Positions 39,841-47,231 of a stretch of 64,000 nt of DNA are shown here, in pieces. The stretch is from a virus. The first letter of the stretch is position 1; each line of letters begins with the position of its first letter. The translations under genes and the position numbers were made by a program. The DNA lies in IMG/VR virus record IMGVR_UViG_3300021405_000007, positions 1 to 64,000 of that record, one strand, 5' to 3'. The notes beneath the pieces were generated by a model that had not been told where the DNA came from, did no database searches, and saw nothing but the letters and a program-made list of their open reading frames with translations.

Positions 39841-40182
39841 CAAAATAATCAAACTGACCAAAGAACAGTTTTGTACAGCTTTAACCCTTGGTTATCATTT
39901 AGCTTTTATAGGCGGTGCATTTTTAGGAATTGGAAACTATATTGATAGGATTGAAAAGTTAGAAAAGCTGCCATTACTCAAGTAGATCGAGTAGAAACCC
40001 TTTCTAAAGATATCAAGACTACTATAGCTAATGCAGAACTAGATGCTAAGAAAACTGCTTCCGAAGTTCAAGAATCTCTCCAAAAAGCAAGCGCATTGGA
40101 AGATAATGCTCTAAAAAGCCTAGATGCTGTGAAAAAAGAACTAGATTCAGTTAAATCTACTTGCGGAAAACTTAAAATTTAA
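39827..40182 (+). pseudogene. frameshifted TM plus coiled-coil protein
   Basis: ATG 39827 frame stops at 39985; coiled-coil continues in another frame from the A-run near 39963 to TAA 40182. Confidence 0.5.
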
Positions 40183-40287
40183 ATAAAATACTCCTTTTCA
40201 TAAATGCGTGCTATATGGTATAACTAAGTGATAACTCACTAGGAAACTACCTATAGAACATTAAAATTTGTGGAAAAGGAGAACCTC

Positions 40288-41529
40288 ATGCTGAGGGGGT
40301 TTTTACAAAAAATACAGCGCTTTCTTCTGGTTTTTGGCCCCGGCTTGATTGTGCTTGAATGCGATAACGATTTCGGCGCAGTTTCCACATATACCCAGCT
40401 TGGTGCTCAATATGGTACCAACTTTCTTTGGATTCTACTTCTTTTACTACCTATATGCTACCTTTGCCAAGAAATGGTTGTTAGGTTAGGAATAGCCACC
40501 GGTAAAGGTCACGCCGTTCTTATATATGAAAAATTTGGAAAATGGTGGGGAAGGTATTCTTTCGGAACTCTTCAAATAGTCAACTTCTTGACAGTATTGA
40601 CCGAATTTATAGGAATAAAACTAGCCTCGGAAACTCTAGGTTTTGACCCTAAACTAGCAGTAGGTCTTTTTGCTATATGTTTAATAGCTTTAGTATTGAG
40701 CGGGAGTTATTTTGTATGGGAAAAGCTCACTATTCTTTTATGTCTCGCAGATGGGGTTTGGTTTTACTTAAGCAGCGAAATAGGCCCTCCAACCCATGAG
40801 AGCATAACAAACTCTTTCATCCCAAGTATGCCAATTGGAGGGATAACCCTCCCCCTCATATTTCTTTTAATAGCTACTGTAGGGACAACTATAGCTCCAT
40901 GGCAATTATTTTTCCAACAAAGTTGTGTAATAGATAAGAACTTGAAAGCTTCTGATCTGAATCATGAAAGGCTTGATACATTTTTGGCTAGTATTTTCAC
41001 TATATTAGTAGCCGGAGCTATGGTTTGCGTAGGGGTCGTCCTTTTTAGCAAAGGAATAACCTACGTCGATCCAGCACAAATGGCCGAGGTTTTGAAACCT
41101 CTAGCAGGGGATTTTATAAAGAAGCTTATTTTAATCATGATTATAAATGCCTCTGTTCTCGGAGCGATGGCGGTAACCCTTTCTAGTTCTTGGGCTTATT
41201 CTGAAGTAGTAAATTCGGCATCGGGATTAGGTAAAAAAATAACTGAAGCACCCCAGTTTTACGGGATGTATATCTTTGGGGTTTTGCTCGCAGCAGGAAT
41301 AGTGCTAATCCCACAATTACCATTACAGCTGGTGACCATAAGCGTGCAAGTCTTAGCGGGATTACTATTGCCCCCAGCTTTAATATTTTTGCATTTACTA
41401 TTGAATGATGAAAAATTTGTTCCCAAAGAGTTTTTAAATAAACGGTGGAACAATATCGCTAATATAATCGTGATTGGTTTGATGATTGTTTTATCTTTAG
41501 CTTTAATAGCAATACCCTTTTTCTCTTAA
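40288..41529 (+). CDS. NRAMP-related Mg2+ transporter (NRMT-like, SLC11 family)
   Basis: GPGLI...DND.G.V.TY...GA.YG, QEM..RLG..TG, GTTIAPWQLFFQQS, ~11 TM; SD AAGGAG before ATG 40288. Confidence 0.9.
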   Translation: MLRGFLQKIQRFLLVFGPGLIVLECDNDFGAVSTYTQLGAQYGTNFLWILLLLLPICYLCQEMVVRLGIATGKGHAVLIYEKFGKWWGRYSFGTLQIVNFLTVLTEFIGIKLASETLGFDPKLAVGLFAICLIALVLSGSYFVWEKLTILLCLADGVWFYLSSEIGPPTHESITNSFIPSMPIGGITLPLIFLLIATVGTTIAPWQLFFQQSCVIDKNLKASDLNHERLDTFLASIFTILVAGAMVCVGVVLFSKGITYVDPAQMAEVLKPLAGDFIKKLILIMIINASVLGAMAVTLSSSWAYSEVVNSASGLGKKITEAPQFYGMYIFGVLLAAGIVLIPQLPLQLVTISVQVLAGLLLPPALIFLHLLLNDEKFVPKEFLNKRWNNIANIIVIGLMIVLSLALIAIPFFS

Positions 41530-41544
41530 AAAAGAAGATTTTTT

Positions 41545-41712
41545 ATGTTTATACCACTTTTAATAGCTTTTTTTGTAGGAACAGCTTCTGGCTTTACAGC
41601 ACAAGTAATAGCTGATAGAATCAAACCAGCAGACCCAACGACCATAGTCTGTGTAGCGACTTCCAAAGACGCTAAACCCAAGTGTGAAGAGGTTGAAAAT
41701 AAGGGGAAGTAA
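41545..41712 (+). CDS. small exported/membrane protein (not in ORF track)
   Basis: MFIPLLIAFFVGTASG...; stop abuts the next ATG. Confidence 0.55.
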   Translation: MFIPLLIAFFVGTASGFTAQVIADRIKPADPTTIVCVATSKDAKPKCEEVENKGK

Positions 41713-42189
41713 ATGGGTAAATATATTAAAGGTTTTGCCAAATATATATCTCAAGCTTTAATATTTACTATCCTTAATACGGCTTTATCAATCTTAATGG
41801 GCGCCCTAATAACTTTTGCAGCCCCAAAGCTAGGTCTACGCTTAGAACCTTACAGCGTCGGAATAAATCCTGATGCGTTTCATAAATTAGCTCTTATTCC
41901 TATGTGGAAGTTTGCATTAGCAGGTTTTGAAGATGTAGCTTTTGTACTCCCTTCTCTAATTTTGGCAAAAAGAGACTATCCAATATTGACTGGTATGGTT
42001 TTAGCAATTTGCTCAATTTGTTTTGTGGTTGGTCACCTCTACCAAGGTCTTGGAGCAGCACTCTGCAAGCTTCATTACGTGCCTCTCGCATTCTTATATG
42101 CACGTAGATTTGGTATATCTCGAACGATTACAGGGCATTCTATTCAAGATGTTTTGATAATGGCTTCGATTAGGTTAGGAATAGGTTGA
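41713..42189 (+). CDS. CPBP (CAAX/Abi) intramembrane metalloprotease-like protein
   Basis: FEDVAF, FVVGHLYQG, HSIQD motifs within TM helices. Confidence 0.7.
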   Translation: MGKYIKGFAKYISQALIFTILNTALSILMGALITFAAPKLGLRLEPYSVGINPDAFHKLALIPMWKFALAGFEDVAFVLPSLILAKRDYPILTGMVLAICSICFVVGHLYQGLGAALCKLHYVPLAFLYARRFGISRTITGHSIQDVLIMASIRLGIG

Positions 42190-42251
42190 CTAGTATAATA
42201 ACCTCAAAGGTATTTTAAGACTGTTAAAATGATCAAAATTGGAGACCAAAA

Positions 42252-42857
42252 ATGCGTATAGCAGTAGTAGACTTAGAAAATAACACTCCCCAAAATGAAT
42301 GGCAAAAATCATTAACTGAACGAGTAGAATGGGCGCCCATAATTGAGATAGGCGCTGTAATGCTTGATATTAGATCAGGTAAAATAATTTCTTCTTTTGA
42401 AACCTTTGTAAATCCCAATGAAGCAATTTTTCCAGAAATCACTGCTTTAACAGGAATAAGTGATGTAGAAACAACGGGACCAAATTCGGGGTCTCTCGAT
42501 GTAGCTTTAGATAACTTTTATCAGTGGATGGCAGATAATAACTGTAAATTAATGGCTGCTTGGGGTAGAGATTGTGATGAAATTGAGAAGCAAGCTATTA
42601 AATCAGGAATAATCAATAAGTTTAAGAAATTAGACATTAAAAGTATGTTTGATGTTTTAAAAGGTGGTTTATCCGGAAAAAAAATGAAGGGCGGTTTAAA
42701 AGGGACTTTGGAAACCTTTGGTTTAACCTTTGAAGGGAAACAGCATAGAGCCAAAGTAGATGCTTTAAATACAGCAAAACTATTATTTCACGCTAAAGAA
42801 ATTTCACTTTACGCCGATAAGATTAAGGAACATAAGTTTAGAGGATTGCAGGAGTGA
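42252..42857 (+). CDS. DEDDh 3'-5' exonuclease (ERI-1/KapD-like)
   Basis: VVDLE, IIEIGAV, LTGI, WG.D, HRAKVDA. Confidence 0.9.
   Translation: MRIAVVDLENNTPQNEWQKSLTERVEWAPIIEIGAVMLDIRSGKIISSFETFVNPNEAIFPEITALTGISDVETTGPNSGSLDVALDNFYQWMADNNCKLMAAWGRDCDEIEKQAIKSGIINKFKKLDIKSMFDVLKGGLSGKKMKGGLKGTLETFGLTFEGKQHRAKVDALNTAKLLFHAKEISLYADKIKEHKFRGLQE
42794..42820 (+). promoter_or_regulatory. sigma-28-type promoter
   Basis: TAAAGAAA-N11-GCCGATAA upstream of the Zn-finger and def genes. Confidence 0.6.
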
Positions 42858-42875
42858 GAACATTGGAGACATACT

Positions 42876-43073
42876 ATGAAAGTATACTGGAAGTGTTCAT
42901 GTGGCAAAGAAGGAAGTGAAATAGAAAAATCTTCTATCATAGGTATTACTGAATTTGGAGTTTGGTTCAACTGTGAATGTAAGTCTACTCATCTAATCCG
43001 ACCAGAAGCTATTGAAAAATCAGACTTTGATTGCCCTTTGATAAATAAAGTTAATAATGCAAATGACTTATAA
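42876..43073 (+). CDS. small Zn-finger protein
   Basis: CSCG...WFNCECKST. Confidence 0.55.
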   Translation: MKVYWKCSCGKEGSEIEKSSIIGITEFGVWFNCECKSTHLIRPEAIEKSDFDCPLINKVNNANDL

Positions 43074-43536
43074 ACTTCAAAAACTTGGCGCACCCATCCT
43101 TCGAAAAAAAGTAGATAGAGTTTTAAAGTTCAAACCTAAAGAACTCGAACAACTTTTCGAAGAGATGGTTTATATTATGATCTTAAATCAAGGTATTGGG
43201 TTAGCCGCTAACCAAATAGGCCTTAATAAACAGATCTTTATAGCAGCTTTAGAAACTTCACAAGGTATAATAACTCCTCGAATGTTCATAAATCCAACAA
43301 TGTTCACACTCAGCGAACAAAAATATGAGGCTTTCGAAGAAGGTTGTTTATCAGTAAATAAAGATAAAAGAATTTCAGACTTCCGTTCTAACTCCTTATC
43401 TCTGCACTATCAAGATACTCACGGTTTAGTCAAAACAGAATCTTTTTCAGGATTCAATGCAGTTATTATCCAACATGAATGCGATCACCTAGAAGGTAAG
43501 CTCTTCATAGATTACACTAATCCACATAAATGTTAG
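43057..43536 (+). CDS. def: peptide deformylase
   Basis: GIGLAANQIG, EGCLS, QHECDHLEG. Confidence 0.96.
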   Translation: MQMTYKLQKLGAPILRKKVDRVLKFKPKELEQLFEEMVYIMILNQGIGLAANQIGLNKQIFIAALETSQGIITPRMFINPTMFTLSEQKYEAFEEGCLSVNKDKRISDFRSNSLSLHYQDTHGLVKTESFSGFNAVIIQHECDHLEGKLFIDYTNPHKC

Positions 43537-43579
43537 AATTTTCTTAGATTAATAAATATCATATTTAAAGAAATAATAA

Positions 43580-43888
43580 ATGATTACAGTACATTGCAAA
43601 TGCAAAAAATCTATAATGAAATTTCAGCATCTTAAAGAAGGTCATATCACTGAATACGAAGGTAGTTGTTGCAAAGACCTACAAAAACAACAACTTATGG
43701 AAGAGGCTCCAGTTTCTCAACCAACCAAACTATCTGAAAAAGATGCTGAAGTTTTTATGAAGGTTTTAGAAAATCCTCCAGAACCTAGCGAAGCTTTAAA
43801 AGCGCTCATGGCAGATCAAGAAAAAGTTGATACAGAAAAAACCAAGAAAAAATTCACTTACTTCGAACCTAAAGGAAGTAAGAAATGA
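43580..43888 (+). CDS. Cys-rich protein with a DUF1778 (TacA/AtaR antitoxin)-like C-terminal segment
   Basis: LSEKDAEVFMKVLENPPEPSEALKALM. Confidence 0.55.
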   Translation: MITVHCKCKKSIMKFQHLKEGHITEYEGSCCKDLQKQQLMEEAPVSQPTKLSEKDAEVFMKVLENPPEPSEALKALMADQEKVDTEKTKKKFTYFEPKGSKK

Positions 43889-44142
43889 TACCTGAAATAA
43901 AGCAATTTTATACTTATGATGTTGATCTTGCAGCTTTTTTAATGGTTCAAGGTCTAAAATTTTACGAATGCAAGTCAGACCCAATTGATAAATCTAGAGC
44001 TCTTTTTTGCTTTTTTGATGAGAGAGATATAGGACGGGATTTAGAGCGAAATTGGATGTCTAGTGATACTAAGAGATTCTCTGATTTCCGAAAATACCTT
44101 TTAAGAGAAGTACATAGGGTAGTTAAGCAAGGTATAAAATAA
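43885..44142 (+). CDS. DUF5659-like small phage protein
   Basis: YT.D..LAAFL...G....F.F pattern. Confidence 0.55.
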   Translation: MIPEIKQFYTYDVDLAAFLMVQGLKFYECKSDPIDKSRALFCFFDERDIGRDLERNWMSSDTKRFSDFRKYLLREVHRVVKQGIK

Positions 44143-44188
44143 GCTTACGGATGTTATAATTGTTTGGATTCTATATAAGGAGTTTAAG

Positions 44189-44611
44189 ATGATTGAGGGA
44201 TCGTGGCTAGCAGTAGCTCCTCAGGCATTCACTGCTAATGGCACTCAATATGGTCTGATCACCCTCGCCTCAACTGCAGGGTTTTATACAAGACAGATCG
44301 TCACTATTCAAGCTACTGCTTTACCTGATTTACAAGTTCAGGTTAAACGCGTAAACGCAGACGGCGCTACAATGATTGTGGGTCCTACTGATGGAAACAT
44401 TGGAACTTGGAGCAATATTGCCCTTTACACTACAGCTGCAACCTCTACAGTTAGGGCAGCGGAACAACGTAGAGCAGCTTTGGCAATAGATGCTATATCT
44501 AGAGCAGTCTTCCAAGAAGATCCGGTTGTTGCTTTAAGGGTGGTTCTAGTGGATGGTTCCGGCAATGTTTTAGGGGTAGAAGGCAACCCGCTTCACACAA
44601 CTACTACCTAG
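44189..44611 (+). CDS. virion structural protein (paralog of 58482-59306)
   Basis: V.PQAFTA.GT..G, RAV..E.P.VA.R..LVD..GN. Confidence 0.6.
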   Translation: MIEGSWLAVAPQAFTANGTQYGLITLASTAGFYTRQIVTIQATALPDLQVQVKRVNADGATMIVGPTDGNIGTWSNIALYTTAATSTVRAAEQRRAALAIDAISRAVFQEDPVVALRVVLVDGSGNVLGVEGNPLHTTTT

Positions 44612-44621
44612 TCTTTTAAAT

Positions 44622-44677
44622 TAAAGATTTACAAAATAAACTCCGATAAGTATATTGTTCTTATCGGAGTTTATTTT
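44622..44677 (+). promoter_or_regulatory. sigma-28-like promoter overlapping an 18-bp perfect inverted repeat (possible terminator)
   Basis: TAAAGATT-N12-TCCGATAA; arms 44633-44650 and 44660-44677. Confidence 0.55.
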
Positions 44678-44693
44678 TATAGGAATGGTTTAT

Positions 44694-45080
44694 ATGAAGC
44701 TTGGCCAATTAGTAGATAATCCTCTTTTCTTGAAAGCCTTAAAGGATCTTTCATCACAACCCCTCCCCGTTCTTGCAGCCTATAAACTTGTAACTATTAT
44801 GGAGATTAGAGACCGAGAAGTCGGAAGATGGCAAAAGGTTCGAAATGCCCTTTTACAAAGTTATGGAAAAAAAGATGAAAAAGGAGAGTTAGTTATATCA
44901 GAGGATGGTACTCAGTATGTTTTGGAAAAAACAACCGCTTTTAATGAAGATTATAATCATTTGATATCTTTACCAGTAGATATACCAAAACTCTCCATTG
45001 AGGAGTTAAAAGATGTTAAACTCTCCGCCGAATCTCTTCTGATTTTGCGACCAATACTCGCTTTAGAAACCTCGGATTAG
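44694..45080 (+). CDS. hypothetical phage protein
   Basis: LPV.AAYKL...L...YG.KDE.G. Confidence 0.55.
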   Translation: MKLGQLVDNPLFLKALKDLSSQPLPVLAAYKLVTIMEIRDREVGRWQKVRNALLQSYGKKDEKGELVISEDGTQYVLEKTTAFNEDYNHLISLPVDIPKLSIEELKDVKLSAESLLILRPILALETSD

Positions 45081-45222
45081 GTTCTCCCCCGCCGAGTTCA
45101 ATGGGATCCAAACTAGGATCCCATACCCCTCCCTCTAGCAGTTTGAATACATGTTAAAATTTTGTAAGTTCTATAATAATAGACACTTATAATAATCTTT
45201 ACTTTCAGTGAGTTATATTTCT

Positions 45223-45567
45223 ATGACCCCAGAATTCATGGATAAAATCAGTGAATTGCAAGCCGCTCAAAGAGAAATGGCACTTCTTCAAAAAATTCAT
45301 ACTGAAACTCTTGATAAACAGTTAAAACTTCTTGAAAGTCAAAGAGATATATTAACAACCAATACTGTAATAGTAAAAGATCATGAACGTAGAAGCACGC
45401 AATTGGAAGGACGGATGGGTATTTTAGAAGAAAAGTTATCGCCCATTGAAAAATACTTAGCTGAGTTAGCAGCAGTAAATAAAGTTATGAAGATTCTTGG
45501 AACAACCTTTACCTTTCTAGCCTCTGCAGCCACAATAATAGAACTAATCAAAATGTTTGCCAAATAA
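45223..45567 (+). CDS. coiled-coil protein with C-terminal TM (holin/hemolysin-like architecture)
   Basis: coiled coil, HERRS, single C-terminal hydrophobic helix. Confidence 0.45.
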   Translation: MTPEFMDKISELQAAQREMALLQKIHTETLDKQLKLLESQRDILTTNTVIVKDHERRSTQLEGRMGILEEKLSPIEKYLAELAAVNKVMKILGTTFTFLASAATIIELIKMFAK

Positions 45568-45577
45568 GGAATTTTCG

Positions 45578-45982
45578 ATGCTGATAGGTAAACTTTTAAA
45601 TAGCGATGCAACTATCAATAATTATTACGAAATTGGTAGTTTACAATTTGTTTCGGGTGAAGCTTTCACCGTAGTAATGCAGGTTTTTGGAGCTCAAAGC
45701 GGTCTTAGAAAGATGCTAATAGCTCAAGATAACAATCCTTCCCATATAGCTGTTACTTTAACCCTACCCAATTTAGATGGTTCTGATTTATCACTAACAA
45801 TGACTCAAATGACCAATGACGCTAGTATATGGTCGGCAGCCGTTAACTCCACTCAATCAGCACTTTTAGCTATGGGTAATGCTCAATTTTCAGTAGTAGA
45901 TTCAAGTATGGGAGCGCCCGGACCAGTTATGGGTTTTATTCCTAGTGCTCTAAGTTTAGTTATAACCGGGGATGTTCCTTAA
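45578..45982 (+). CDS. hypothetical beta-rich structural protein
   Basis: ORF composition. Confidence 0.5.
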   Translation: MLIGKLLNSDATINNYYEIGSLQFVSGEAFTVVMQVFGAQSGLRKMLIAQDNNPSHIAVTLTLPNLDGSDLSLTMTQMTNDASIWSAAVNSTQSALLAMGNAQFSVVDSSMGAPGPVMGFIPSALSLVITGDVP

Positions 45983-46045
45983 ATATGAGCCGATTAAACT
46001 ACTGAATCGGCTCACACTTTGACCTAATTAGGAAAAAAAACAATA

Positions 46046-46882
46046 ATGACAAGAACTTATGGTAAGTCTAACAGGGGCGAGTCCCAATTGCAACCATTGA
46101 TGACCGTTGCACGTCTAAAAGCGGAATACCTCTTCGGCGCTGTAGACGTGACTGATTCTAATGGTAATACTATTTCTGATTCTGCTCTCCAATCCTATAT
46201 TGATTCAGCTATAAACATGCTTGAATTAGACTTAGATATGGCTTTTACTCCTCGTCAAGAATTAGAAGAGAGAGACTTCTTTGGTAATGACTATTTTAAC
46301 TGGGGGTATAACCAGCTTAATCGATACCCTGTAATTTCTATTCAAGACGTATTCTTTGCTTTTTTAAGAAACGATGATGGTACGTACGATGAAACTATTG
46401 ACATCCCACAAGCTTGGTGGCGTTTGAAGAAAGAAACCGGACTCTTTCGAATGATACCAAATAACAAATTCCCAGCTAACCTTCAAATTGATCAAACGGG
46501 CACCTTTTTCCCTGAATTATTTCGTAGGGAAGGTCACGTCCCTCAATTATTTGTTATATCTTATACTTGGGGATTACAAGAAGGTCAGATACCACCATTA
46601 ATAAATCATGCCATAGGCATGTTAGCGGCAATATTCGCTTTATCACCTCTTGGTAACTTAATTTTAGGCCCTGGCATAGCTAGTTCTAGTTTAGGTATTG
46701 ACGGACTCTCCCAATCGTTGTCTACTACCAATAGCGGTGCAGATGGGGGCGCCTTTGCAAGCCAAGTTAGAGACTACAAAAATCAACTTTGGGGTCAACG
46801 AGGCGATGCTACTGATAACACCAGTATCGTTCATATTTTAAGAAACTACTACAAGGGTGCCCCACTAATGTCCATGATATAA
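46046..46882 (+). CDS. head-tail adaptor/neck protein
   Basis: YLFG, I..A...LE..L, PV.S, Y.WG...IP, SLGIDGLSQS. Confidence 0.75.
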   Translation: MTRTYGKSNRGESQLQPLMTVARLKAEYLFGAVDVTDSNGNTISDSALQSYIDSAINMLELDLDMAFTPRQELEERDFFGNDYFNWGYNQLNRYPVISIQDVFFAFLRNDDGTYDETIDIPQAWWRLKKETGLFRMIPNNKFPANLQIDQTGTFFPELFRREGHVPQLFVISYTWGLQEGQIPPLINHAIGMLAAIFALSPLGNLILGPGIASSSLGIDGLSQSLSTTNSGADGGAFASQVRDYKNQLWGQRGDATDNTSIVHILRNYYKGAPLMSMI

Positions 46883-46891
46883 GGGGAAGCA

Positions 46892-47170
46892 ATGAAAGAA
46901 GAAACTCCTCAAGATAAGATCGTGGGATATACTAAATCAAAAAAGCCTATCTATGACGTGGATGCGCATCACCCGGATCCTGAATGGAAGCATCTTTACT
47001 CCGACTTCACTAGAAATGATCACGCTGATGCGGCGATTGTTTTGCTGGCTCAAGGACACAACCCTGAAACAGAGTTAAACAAGAAAAAAGCTTATGGTTT
47101 CGCGGCCTCATGCCATGAAAGACATGTAGTGAATTGTGATTGGATCGAAGCGCATCCTAAAGGTAGGTAA
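46892..47170 (+). CDS. stand-alone copy of the G(H/Y)TKSGKPIY His-rich module
   Basis: KIVGYTKSKKPIY...DF...DHADA. Confidence 0.6.
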   Translation: MKEETPQDKIVGYTKSKKPIYDVDAHHPDPEWKHLYSDFTRNDHADAAIVLLAQGHNPETELNKKKAYGFAASCHERHVVNCDWIEAHPKGR

Positions 47171-47231
47171 GGTATAATTTTCACGTAACAAGTTTGTTTA
47201 TATTGATAAATTTTTTAGATTAGGCTTATAA

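Noticed and set aside
40183-40287. M-box (ykoK) riboswitch before the Mg2+ transporter
   Set aside because: The gap is only ~105 nt and I do not recognise M-box conserved sequence; reported as an unclassified leader instead.
45065-45145. tRNA gene in the GC-rich intergenic patch
   Set aside because: No cloverleaf or T-arm motif found on either strand; only hairpins.
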